The notes beneath the pieces are model-generated. The model made no database searches. It saw nothing but the letters and a program-made list of their open reading frames with translations, and had not been told where the DNA came from. Positions 48,016 through 57,242 of a stretch of 64,000 nt of DNA are shown here, piece by piece (the first letter of the stretch is position 1; the number at the start of each line of letters is the position of its first letter). This DNA is from a bacterium. Its GTDB lineage: Bacteria; UBA8248. Made by a program: the position numbers and the translations under genes. The stretch covers positions 672,001 through 736,000 of the forward strand of contig CBDBEV010000001.1 of assembly GCA_965204535.1 (NCBI GenBank). Direction: 5' to 3'.

Positions 48016-48503
48016 GCAACCCCCCCCTACCCCCCCTTGTCAGGGGGGCAAAAAAAGAAAACCCCCCTCGCCGGGGGCGCCGCCTTTACCTCCCTGAGGA
48101 GCGTCCGGGCGTAGACGACGGAAAGCGAATTCCTGTCGAGGGGTTTTGACTTTACCCCCCTGACAAGGGGGGTAGGGGGGGTTGGTTTTCGAGTCGAGGA
48201 GCATTTTCAACGGCCCCTGGCAAGAGAGGTGGACGAAAAGCCCCCGGGAAGCGATTTTGAATTTCACTCCCCCCTTGAGGGGGTCGGGCTTCCCGAGGGG
48301 AAAGCCCGACAGAGGCCGAGTTCTTTGGACGAAGGCCGATGTGGTGGGGGGACATGCCACAGAAAAAGCTCCCCCCACCGACTCGCTTGCGGGCTTCGCC
48401 CTTACCTCGTCGACTCCCCCTCAAGGGGGGAGTTGATTTGAAATTCTCTTTGGTGGATAGGCCTCGCTGCAGACGTCAAGTACTGACTATTTCAACAACC
48501 CCC
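48016..48503. repeat. mosaic of two palindromic repeat families
   Basis: Inverted doublet 48016-48048/48154-48184; cactccccccttgagggg...ccccctcaaggggggagt 48265-48433; tttcaac(g/a)(g/a)cccc ends. Confidence 0.8.
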
Positions 48504-48523
48504 GAAAGGACTCGACTCCTCCC

Positions 48524-49795
48524 TCAATCCGGGATGTAGGCCGCGAGCGACGCCAGGATCCGGCATCCGGGCACGGGCATGGGGGTGGCGGTCTGCGCGC
48601 TCATGTTCACCGGCGGCGCGTCCGCGAATGCACTGCCCCAGATTTCGAACGCCCCGTGCAGGTCAGCCATGTCGCAGAACACGGTCTGGCTTCTCACGAC
48701 GTCGGCGAGGCTCCCGCCCGCCGCGCGGCAGATGGCGTCCGCGTTTTTGAGGATGTATTCGGTCTGGCGTTTGACGGGCGAGGAATGCCAGGGGAGGCCC
48801 GGGTTCACGCGAACCTCGGGCGCCAGGCCGCTTTCGCCGGCGGCAATCTGCGTCGAAAGCCACAGATAAGGCCCCGTCTTGACGGCGTGCGGCTCATGGA
48901 AGAGGGGCGGCGGGGCATCGGGCGAATGAATCGTTTGGCGTTCCAAACCGCCGTCCGGACGCAGGGAGATGGAACTGACCTCGATGCGCGCGCCGCCGAT
49001 GGCCAGATCGTCGCAGGGGATGACGCTGCGCGCGGGCGGAGCGTCGCCAAAGAACTCGCGCCACACGAGGTCCACCGCCGGGAGGTCCTCCATGTGGGTG
49101 AGGTAGACGGAAGTCTGGACGATGTCGCCCAGGTCGAGGCCGAGTTCGTTCAGCACCTTCTGCTTGGTGCGGAGGATGTACTCGGTCTGGCGCTTGATGG
49201 CGGACTGGTGCCAGAAAACCGGGTCGACGCGGGCGTCGGGGTGAATCCCGGTCGCGTAGTCGGTGGCGATCATGCCCGGCATGAGCACGAAAGGACCTGC
49301 GGACTGGGCCGCGGGGTAGCCCGTGAGGGACTTGGGCACGATTTCCAAGTCGTGCGTCCGCTTCTCCCATCCCGAGCCGGGCTTGAGCGCGAAGCCGTCG
49401 CACACGATGAGCGCACCGGGCACTTCGAGGGTGCGCGCCACCACCCGCGTGCTGGTCGGGTGCGCCTTCGACATGTAAGCCTGCCGCGTCGCGGAATACC
49501 ACGCGGCCTCCTCGCGGCCGGTGATGAACTGCTCGATGCGGATCAGGTCCTCGAAACCGAGACCTGCTGATTCGAGGATTTCCCCCATCCGCCGGAGTAT
49601 GACGTGGGTCTGCCGCGCCATCGGCGGAGGACCGGCGAACGGGTTGTCGGGGTCCACCGCGGCCTCGGGCGCGACGCCGGTGGCGTAGTCCGTCGCCATC
49701 TGTCCGGCGAAAAAGAGCAGGTGTTCGGTCTCGATGGCCTCTGACTGCGCTTTCGGGGAGGCCGGGCAGTCTCCTGGAACGATCACGCGCTTCAT
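48524..49795 (-). CDS. Rid (YjgF/YER057c) family protein with three tandem domains
   Basis: Three repeats: FFAGQMATDY..RQT..IL / LMPGMIATDY..RQTEYIL / WLSTQIA..RQTEYIL; PPARS in the middle domain. Confidence 0.8.
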   Translation of the reverse strand: MKRVIVPGDCPASPKAQSEAIETEHLLFFAGQMATDYATGVAPEAAVDPDNPFAGPPPMARQTHVILRRMGEILESAGLGFEDLIRIEQFITGREEAAWYSATRQAYMSKAHPTSTRVVARTLEVPGALIVCDGFALKPGSGWEKRTHDLEIVPKSLTGYPAAQSAGPFVLMPGMIATDYATGIHPDARVDPVFWHQSAIKRQTEYILRTKQKVLNELGLDLGDIVQTSVYLTHMEDLPAVDLVWREFFGDAPPARSVIPCDDLAIGGARIEVSSISLRPDGGLERQTIHSPDAPPPLFHEPHAVKTGPYLWLSTQIAAGESGLAPEVRVNPGLPWHSSPVKRQTEYILKNADAICRAAGGSLADVVRSQTVFCDMADLHGAFEIWGSAFADAPPVNMSAQTATPMPVPGCRILASLAAYIPD

Positions 49796-50036
49796 GGTTT
49801 CTCCTCATAGGGGGTCCGGTAAAGCCGGGGGGTTGCCCGACTGGCCCTGGCTTTTTGTCGATGGCTTCGGGAACGAGTATAGCCGAATTATGAACCCGAA
49901 TGCGTGAAGAGGGAAGGGGGGATTGAATGGAAGGTGGGGGAGGTTATGGAGTTTTTTGTGCTAATTTTAGCAACCCTACCCTCACGCTCACGATTGGAAC
50001 TTTTTCATCTGCACTTTGTTAGCTGGCGCTCTTCTT

Positions 50037-53000
50037 TCATGGTGTTAGAACATCCCTGATTATGTCTGCAATGGCTTTGGCGTCAATCCCACCTACTTCG
50101 TTGTCCCGCGTAATAATTAACGTGCCCGCGCTACCACCTCCATCTTTATATGGGAGAATGCCAGCTTCACGGTAAGCATGTAACTTTCGCTGCCAGCGCG
50201 CCGCATATTCGGGGTTGTGGAGTAAACCGAGGTGTTCCCAATAATAGCGCGCACCAGTGTCATCATCGACAATGGTGAAGTCTGGATAGCGCGTTTTGCC
50301 GCTTGGCAAGGTAAGTGGTTCTTCGTATTCGTAACGATCAATCCCTTGAGCGAGGAGTTCGTTCGCAATAATGACCTCGGATTTGGATCGGACGAGATCG
50401 CCACGCTTGGTGCGATGGATGAGCCTTTCCTCGAGGAACTTCTCATTACCGTCGCTTTCTTGGAACCTGATGGGGTTGGGAGGTGCAAAGAGATTCGTCA
50501 GCCTGCGCGCGATGTCGGAATGATTGTCGTTTGCATATCGACGAAGATCACGCACATCTCCTTGGTGCAGGATGACAACGCGATCTTGTTGGCGTGTCAA
50601 CGCCGTGTACAACAGTTCCCGGGAGAGCAGCCAACATGGGTTGGGTAGCACGACGAAGGTGATTCCAAACTCGCTTCCTTGCGTTTTATGTACTGTCAGC
50701 GCATACGCAAGTTCAAGGGGTGGTGCTCCTTTCTCGCCGTCGAACTCCCAAATCCGAAAGTCGTAGTCATGACCTGGTTGCGATGTAAACTCCACCTCTA
50801 GGAATGGAAACAGTTTTTTTTGTTTCTTGGTTTTGTAATTACCTACAACGAGGCCGACATCCCCGTTAGCAACATAAGGGGTTCGGTCAGGTTCAGGATA
50901 TACTCTACGTTTACTGCTATTCTGCAAATTTATAACTTTGTCGCCATAGATGATCCCTTGGGGACCAATAGGACTGTTAATTTTACGCTGCCTGTTATAC
51001 GAAGTCGCCCGAGATAGCCATGTCCTGCGAAATGTTTGCTGTACAATCCGGTTCAGGGCAGCAACACCATGTTCTGCGCCACGCACAGGCGAGATGATCT
51101 GCCATCGTTCAGCCTTAGGCGAATCATCTACATTCTGACTCCGCCAGAAGAAAGTCCCATTATTGAACATGGTTGCACCCAGACTACACTCGAAGCCTAC
51201 TTCGTCGTCTGGACCGTCGAGACCGAGTTCCTTGACAATTAATGTGAGTAGCTTCTCCTGAAGATCCACTCCGTTAATCCAAGACTCGAAGTAGATATCA
51301 GTCATTGTCTCTGTTGTAAGCCGATCCCATATCTCGTCTGCTGCGGGATCCGGATCGCCTCCGAACCAGTTAGCTAACAGAAGGTCTGCACGTCTCGTTC
51401 CTTGCTGGCGGCGAGGAATGATGAGTTCAGCATAGCCACGACCAACCCTCGGGAAGCGGTGCTCAATACCCTCGGGCTTGAGTTCCTTTACGATGTCCAC
51501 AAAGGGACGACCACTTCCGATGGGAGGAAGTTGACGATGATCCCCTACGAGCACCAAGCGATCAACGCCGCTCAGACCGTCGAGCAAAGCGGCAAGTTGC
51601 TCTTCAGTCAGCATAGAGCATTCGTCCACAATCACGGTCCTGTAGTCACTGCAACGATTTGAACTACCGGTTACAATGTAACGACCCGTTTCAGGATCAT
51701 ATCGGTCACCGTAACGCATCAGGAACTGTGCGATCGTAAATCCGTTGCCTACTTCAGTCTCGGTTTCGAGTTGGACACGGGCTTTGCCAGTAGGTGCCAA
51801 CAACAGAACTCCACCTAGGGCGACATCTTCCAGTTCGCAAAGCATCTTCAAAAGAGTTGTTTTCCCAGTACCTGCTGCACCGATAAGTACGGAAAATCTT
51901 GATGCAAAGAGTTCTTCAAGAGCAGCGGCCTTCTCGCATCGCGCTTGAGCTTCGATCTTCGCCTCATCGGAGTCGGTCGGTAAAGCATCCAAAGCCTGGT
52001 TTATCACTGCAGAGTAGTCGTATTTGCCACAATGTCTTTGACTCTTGGGGCCTATGCGCTTGAGCACGGTGCGCTGGATCAGCTTGGCCGTGTCGGCCAA
52101 TCGCTGAAGCTGGTAGCCTATCTTGCCATTCGCTATCTCTATGGTTTCAATAGCTCCATCCAAAAAATCTTCAAGGCCGGTAAATATTTCTGGCCCTAGT
52201 GGGCAATCGGTATCGAGTGGCATGTTGTTGATAAGCGACCTTAACCATGCCCGTGGCAATAATGTGTGCCCCTGCTCAGTTCCTTGCTCGAGTGCGGCAA
52301 CCATGAGAGCGCGCACACGGCGGGGATCAACTTTGTCCTCGAGTCGCGTGCGTTCAGGTAGAGGATGCGCTTCGATAACCACACGATCCGGTAACATGCC
52401 GCGGTCGATGGTCATTAGCGAGATATGGTCGACCGTCGTACGGTCGAGTTCGTATAAGAGATAGGGGTTCGCAATTAGCGATGCGTCGTCTACGTCGGTC
52501 TCTCTTTTTTCGGGGTCGAAGAACCGAATCACTTGGTCGGTATCTAGTGAGAAACGACTGAGTAGCTTTAGTAATTCTTTTCGTTTTTCAGTCATGGAAA
52601 GCCATGCCCGAGAGAATCCTTCTCCAATTAGTTCTTTGGCCGCACCGGTCGCTGTGCTGGGAGTTTGCATGATGCGTTCAAAGGTAGGCCACGGATCGAT
52701 ATTCCTGTCGTTGCTTCCTTTTGTGCATTCGTCAGCGATCTCGTAGGCAACGAGACTTCCTCCGTCGCCTAAGAATGCCGAAAGAGCCGACCCGAAGCCC
52801 GGGAATGGACCTCTCATGCGCCACAACCGATTTAGTTGCTGGTCGAGCCACGCAGATGCCTGTGTCCAAGGTCCAGTTAGGACGGCTTGAATTCGTTCTA
52901 GGGCGCGAAGACAGTTCAATACAGTTGCGATGGCGTGATCGTGCGACACATGCTCTGATCCGTACGAGAAACTCCAAAAGGCATCATCAGGAGCAAAAGC

Positions 53001-53789
53001 AAGAAACTGCTCTGGGTCAATACCTTTTTCAAGCGCGAGATCGAACAGCTCTTGATATGGAAAGAGGAAACCTTCTTTAAAGCCCGGTCGAATGGAATGC
53101 TCAACATTGCGTTCCCAGAGTACACTGCGGTGAGGCGGGTTCGGTGTCGAATACTGATATTCGACGTGCTCATCGACTGCTCGTACTATGCCTATACCCA
53201 CGATTACTCGTCCAGCGGATACCGACAGTGGAGTGTCCTTCGCATAGAAGAAGCAGAGCGATTCCTCGGGGCGGATAGCACCGAAAAACGTGTCGAGCAT
53301 GACGAGTTGGTTGGAGCGCTCTTGTATCCAATCTGTATCAAACCCAAGGTCGGGTTCGCAATCAGGTTGGAAACCCAAATTATAGCACTCGACAAAGTTT
53401 GAGCTTTCCTTCGTCAACATCCAACGATATGGCACACAAGCAGCGCTATAAGGGCGCATGGTGTAGGGTGTCGGAAGGAAGTGCCCATACGATTCCGGAT
53501 TACGCTCGACATAGGGATGCTGTTTGATGTCCGTTAGTGGGAAAGGAGCCATGAAGTTCATACGCTCGGCGATGCATGGGGGCAATTGGTCGGGTGCCAG
53601 ATTTTCGATAGATTTACCAGCCAAAGTTACTTCTGCTTTGTCGTCTTTCATCTCCGCGACTCTCGGCAGTATACGGCAAGCCATGTTGCTCGCAGGTTTG
53701 TTGCAGATTGTTCCAGCCCAGCCAGCATCATGCCATGGTACTCGAATCGAAAGGTGCTGAATTGGAAGCTTGCGTGCTCCCGCAATCAT
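50037..53789 (-). CDS. RecD2-like SF1B helicase with unknown N-terminal region and C-terminal PD-(D/E)XK nuclease
   Basis: GAAGTGKTT, APTGKA, IVDECSM, VGDHRQLPPIG, YALTVHKTQGSEF, LLYTALTR; C-terminal RSKSE..IAN..YEYE..YPDFTI..WEHLG; lower GC than the flanks. Confidence 0.85.
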   Translation of the reverse strand: MIAGARKLPIQHLSIRVPWHDAGWAGTICNKPASNMACRILPRVAEMKDDKAEVTLAGKSIENLAPDQLPPCIAERMNFMAPFPLTDIKQHPYVERNPESYGHFLPTPYTMRPYSAACVPYRWMLTKESSNFVECYNLGFQPDCEPDLGFDTDWIQERSNQLVMLDTFFGAIRPEESLCFFYAKDTPLSVSAGRVIVGIGIVRAVDEHVEYQYSTPNPPHRSVLWERNVEHSIRPGFKEGFLFPYQELFDLALEKGIDPEQFLAFAPDDAFWSFSYGSEHVSHDHAIATVLNCLRALERIQAVLTGPWTQASAWLDQQLNRLWRMRGPFPGFGSALSAFLGDGGSLVAYEIADECTKGSNDRNIDPWPTFERIMQTPSTATGAAKELIGEGFSRAWLSMTEKRKELLKLLSRFSLDTDQVIRFFDPEKRETDVDDASLIANPYLLYELDRTTVDHISLMTIDRGMLPDRVVIEAHPLPERTRLEDKVDPRRVRALMVAALEQGTEQGHTLLPRAWLRSLINNMPLDTDCPLGPEIFTGLEDFLDGAIETIEIANGKIGYQLQRLADTAKLIQRTVLKRIGPKSQRHCGKYDYSAVINQALDALPTDSDEAKIEAQARCEKAAALEELFASRFSVLIGAAGTGKTTLLKMLCELEDVALGGVLLLAPTGKARVQLETETEVGNGFTIAQFLMRYGDRYDPETGRYIVTGSSNRCSDYRTVIVDECSMLTEEQLAALLDGLSGVDRLVLVGDHRQLPPIGSGRPFVDIVKELKPEGIEHRFPRVGRGYAELIIPRRQQGTRRADLLLANWFGGDPDPAADEIWDRLTTETMTDIYFESWINGVDLQEKLLTLIVKELGLDGPDDEVGFECSLGATMFNNGTFFWRSQNVDDSPKAERWQIISPVRGAEHGVAALNRIVQQTFRRTWLSRATSYNRQRKINSPIGPQGIIYGDKVINLQNSSKRRVYPEPDRTPYVANGDVGLVVGNYKTKKQKKLFPFLEVEFTSQPGHDYDFRIWEFDGEKGAPPLELAYALTVHKTQGSEFGITFVVLPNPCWLLSRELLYTALTRQQDRVVILHQGDVRDLRRYANDNHSDIARRLTNLFAPPNPIRFQESDGNEKFLEERLIHRTKRGDLVRSKSEVIIANELLAQGIDRYEYEEPLTLPSGKTRYPDFTIVDDDTGARYYWEHLGLLHNPEYAARWQRKLHAYREAGILPYKDGGGSAGTLIITRDNEVGGIDAKAIADIIRDVLTP

Positions 53790-54048
53790 GTATGTCTCCC
53801 TCAGTTCATTACTTAAATTCAGTTAGTATCTTTTGCTTCGATCATAACTGATTCACTGCTGTCCAGCGATCTAGGTTTCGCTTTTTTGTGAAGGAACGTT
53901 ATAGGAAATACCAGCGCGCTGTTCATCGTCGTGGAGAGGATGGTGAACGGCAAGGACATGCGCGCGCAGTTGCTTGAGAAGATCGGCGCGGCGGGTGGGT
54001 GATGTTCTGGTCCGGCAATCGCTCCCGCAACCGCCTCCGTCGTCATCT

Positions 54049-54207
54049 CTGGATTCCGGCCTTCGCCGGAATAACGACCCAAAGCGAGTTCGACGCGCAT
54101 TCTCTGATCGGGTCGCGTCGAACCCCTCTTGCCTGGAAAAGCAACCCCCCCTACCCCCCCTTGTCAGGGGGGTATGAAAAGGCAACGCCCGCCGCCGGTA
54201 GGGGGGC
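54049..54207. repeat. CGTC-type REP plus CCCCCCTACCCCCCTTGTCAGGGGGG element
   Basis: ctggattccggccttcgccggaataacg (54049-54076); 54141-54207 resembles the reverse complement of about 46230-46293. Confidence 0.7.
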
Positions 54208-54546
54208 TTTTTAGGCACCCCCTCTCCAGCCGGATTCGATTCCGCACCTTCCGTCCGGGGATTCATCCCTCGCGCGGGGATCGCATTTCCCCGTATTTGC
54301 CGTCGGGGGTTTTCGCGTCGATGGGGCTATGCTGGAGAGGCCGCCCGTTTGCTTTTGGTTTTTCACGCGGTGAAGCGCTCATCGCTCCCTCCCGGCATCC
54401 GGGCGAAATTCTTCACGTCTCGTTCGAAATCGACCCGCATTTGCCCGCATTTCCCGTCGCGCTGCCCGGGGCGCGAGCGCGTATGATGGCGAAGCCGGGC
54501 GGTTTCGTTCGAGAAAATGGAATTTCCGTAAATTTCGATAAAATTA

Positions 54547-54588
54547 GATAAATTAACGGGGTTTTTCGATAAATTGACGGGGTATTTC
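54547..54588. repeat. 2 x 21-bp tandem direct repeat in the promoter region of the SCO gene
   Basis: gataaattaacggggtttttc / gataaattgacggggtatttc (19/21 identical). Confidence 0.6.
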
Positions 54589-54795
54589 TGAAAATTAAAT
54601 TCTCGGGAAATGACGCTGCGGAATCGGGGCGCAGGGGAATTCTGCCACGATCGGCCGGCCCGGCCATGACGGCAAATGCGGGCAGTTGCGGGGGAGGAAA
54701 TCCCTCGGGCGCGCTTTGCACCGGCGCGCGGGTATTGTAAGAATACGGGTGGCCGCAAGGGCCTGATTTTCTTGAGTTTCCTGGGAGAGGCGGAT

Positions 54796-55491
54796 ATGGC
54801 GCGGCGCATGATTCTGGTGTTGACACTTGGCGTTCTCGCCGGCCTGATGGCCGCGCCCGCGTGGCGGTGGCTTGAGAGAAGCCTTTTCGAGAGCCTGCCC
54901 GTATATTCGCAACTGCCTGATTTTACGCTGGTTGACGCATCGGGCCGGGCGTTCGCGAGAGAGCGCCTGAAGGGCAAAGTCTGGGTGGCCGACTTCATCT
55001 ACACGCGGTGTGAGGATACCTGCCCCCTCCAGAGCGTCGAGATGCGCAGGCTGCAGGGGGCGTTCGCCGCACACCCGGATTTCCGGCAGATATCCATCAC
55101 CACCGACCCTGCTTTCGATAAGGCGGAGCGCCTCGCGGCCTATGCGCGAAAGTTCGCCGCGGACAGGGCGCGCTGGTTTTTCCTCACGGGCAAGGAAAAG
55201 GAAATCAAGGACTTGGCGCTCAAGGGTTTCCGGCTGAGCTATGCGACGAAACAAGCCATGCGCTTGCCCGGTTCGGTCGGCGGGCGGTTCTTCCGGCTTC
55301 TTTTGCCCCATGCGCACGCGCATCACCCCGGGCATCAGGAGGGGGGAAAGACGCCGGGAATCCTGATCTCCCACAGCTCGCGCTTCGTGCTCATCGACAG
55401 GAACTTCACCATTAGAGGCTATTACCACAGCAACGACGCGGAATCTCTCGAGAAGTTGAGGAAGGATTTGAGGGTCCTGCTAAACAGTTGA
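54796..55491 (+). CDS. SCO1/SenC family copper chaperone
   Basis: N-terminal anchor, FIYTRCEDTCP (CxxxC), DP..D, W.FLTG, HSSRFVLID. Confidence 0.92.
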   Translation: MARRMILVLTLGVLAGLMAAPAWRWLERSLFESLPVYSQLPDFTLVDASGRAFARERLKGKVWVADFIYTRCEDTCPLQSVEMRRLQGAFAAHPDFRQISITTDPAFDKAERLAAYARKFAADRARWFFLTGKEKEIKDLALKGFRLSYATKQAMRLPGSVGGRFFRLLLPHAHAHHPGHQEGGKTPGILISHSSRFVLIDRNFTIRGYYHSNDAESLEKLRKDLRVLLNS

Positions 55492-55503
55492 TTTATTTGC
55501 CGG

Positions 55504-56364
55504 TTACGTGGTTTCCATCTCTGCGATCATCTCGGCGTAGCCCTCCCGGTAGGACGGATAGAGAAAGCGGTAGCCGCTCGCCTTGAGTCTTGCGTTCGAG
55601 CATCGCTTGTTCGTCGCCGCGCGCGCGGAGGGGGCTTCGCCGCCCGCGGCTTCGCGCGGTCGCGGGACGCCCAGCCGCTCCGCCAGCCAATTCAATACCT
55701 TGCGGCGATCCGCAGGCTCATCGTCGACGCCGACGTATATCTCATCGGGCGCATCCATCTTCATCAGGTGAGCGAGTACGCCCGCGCAGTCATCGCGGTG
55801 GATGCGGTTCGTGAAGCGGGGGGGGCCCTCAGGGACTTCGGCCTGCCCCGCACGGACGGCGTCTATCAGGCGCGTTCGGCCGGGACCGTAAATGCCTGAA
55901 AGTCTTAGGATTGTGGCGGGATGGCCGCTCTCCAGAAATGCGCGCTCGCCTTCGAGCAGGATGCGGCCCGAGTAATGGGTGGGCTGCGTGGGGGATTCCT
56001 CGTCCACCCGGCCGCCGTCTGTTTGCCCGTAGACGGCCGTGCTCGAGGTGAAGAAGATTCGCCTGGGCCTTTCTCCTTTTTTATCAATGGCTTCCAAGAG
56101 GTTTCTCGGGCCTTCCGCATACGCCGCCCGGTAGCCGGCCTCGCCGCCTCCTCCCGAAGAGAGGGTGTAGAAGATGAAATCGAGGCCCTCGGGGAGGAGT
56201 TTGCCCAGGTCCTTGTCGTGGATGTCGGCCCTTAACGGCTTGATGGATTCGGGCAGGCTTTCGGGGTTCCGGCGCATGCCCCGGACGTGATGGCCCTCCT
56301 CGGCGAGCTTCGCTCCGAGCGCAACGCCGACATAGCCGCAACCCACGATGAGAACGTTCGCCAT
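55504..56364 (-). CDS. NAD-dependent epimerase/atypical SDR (YeeZ-like)
   Basis: GCGYVG, TSSTAVYG, LRLSGIYGPGR, NRIHRDD, YPSYREG. Confidence 0.88.
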   Translation of the reverse strand: MANVLIVGCGYVGVALGAKLAEEGHHVRGMRRNPESLPESIKPLRADIHDKDLGKLLPEGLDFIFYTLSSGGGGEAGYRAAYAEGPRNLLEAIDKKGERPRRIFFTSSTAVYGQTDGGRVDEESPTQPTHYSGRILLEGERAFLESGHPATILRLSGIYGPGRTRLIDAVRAGQAEVPEGPPRFTNRIHRDDCAGVLAHLMKMDAPDEIYVGVDDEPADRRKVLNWLAERLGVPRPREAAGGEAPSARAATNKRCSNARLKASGYRFLYPSYREGYAEMIAEMETT

Positions 56365-56393
56365 GACGGGCCTGATCTTTGAAATCGCTCGAC

Positions 56394-57242
56394 TTAGGGC
56401 GCTTCGAGCGAGGGAACCTGGCCGCGGAAGATGCTCTTCAAATGGTGCGGCATGACGCGCAGCCCGGCGTAGAAGGGGCCGAACTCGCCATACCAGACGC
56501 TGGCCTCATCGAAGCGCATCTCGTATACGAGGCGCTTGAAGACGAGCGGGTCTTCCGCGAACAGGTATACGCCCCACTCCCAGTCGTCGAAGCCGATGCT
56601 GCCCGTGATGATTTGCTGGACGCGGCCGGCGTAGCGTCTGCCGACGAAGCCGTGCTCGCGCATCATCTGCTGGCGTTCCTCGATGGGCAGGCCGTACCAG
56701 TTCTTCTCCTCGCCCCGGCGCTTGTTCATCGGGTAGAAACACAGATATCTCGTCCTGGGGATGTCCATGTAGAGACGCTCTTTCATGCGCTCGCGCTGGC
56801 TGTCCATCTCTTCGGCCCATTTCGATTTCCACTCGTCGCTTCCGGGTTCGAGACCCTCATCCACGAACCGGGCGTGGAGCTTCACGGTCATCTCATACAG
56901 GCCGAGCTCCAGGAACGAGAGGTAGGAGGTGGTCTCATCCATATATTCCGCCAGCGCCAGCCGCCGCAGCCCCAATTCGACTTCATTCAGCGCATCGAGC
57001 GTGGGTCTGAAATGAAGAAACAGCAAATCTCCCTTGTGCCCCAGCAGGCTGAAGAGTGCGCTCTCGCCGGATTCGGGCCGGGCGACCGAGGCGAAGTATT
57101 CCGTCGCTTCATCCAGGATGCGGTGCCTCCGGGCGCTCTCCAGGCGGTTCCAGGCGGGCCAGTTCACCCGGAAGATATGATGCAGAATGGCCCACCCATC
57201 GAGCGTTTCGGGCATTTTGGCGTCTTTTAAGTTCGGATTCAC
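56394..57242 (-). CDS. chdC: coproheme decarboxylase (hydrogen peroxide-dependent heme synthase)
   Basis: TLDGW..LH, GHKGD, FYPMNKRR, NWY.LP.EER..MM.EHG..GR, GSIGFDDWEWGV, YEMRFDEAS..YGEFGPF. Confidence 0.9.
   Translation of the reverse strand: MNPNLKDAKMPETLDGWAILHHIFRVNWPAWNRLESARRHRILDEATEYFASVARPESGESALFSLLGHKGDLLFLHFRPTLDALNEVELGLRRLALAEYMDETTSYLSFLELGLYEMTVKLHARFVDEGLEPGSDEWKSKWAEEMDSQRERMKERLYMDIPRTRYLCFYPMNKRRGEEKNWYGLPIEERQQMMREHGFVGRRYAGRVQQIITGSIGFDDWEWGVYLFAEDPLVFKRLVYEMRFDEASVWYGEFGPFYAGLRVMPHHLKSIFRGQVPSLEAP

Noticed and set aside
50037-53789. Housekeeping recD of RecBCD
   Set aside because: No recB/recC, the protein is much larger, has a fused nuclease and shows atypical composition.
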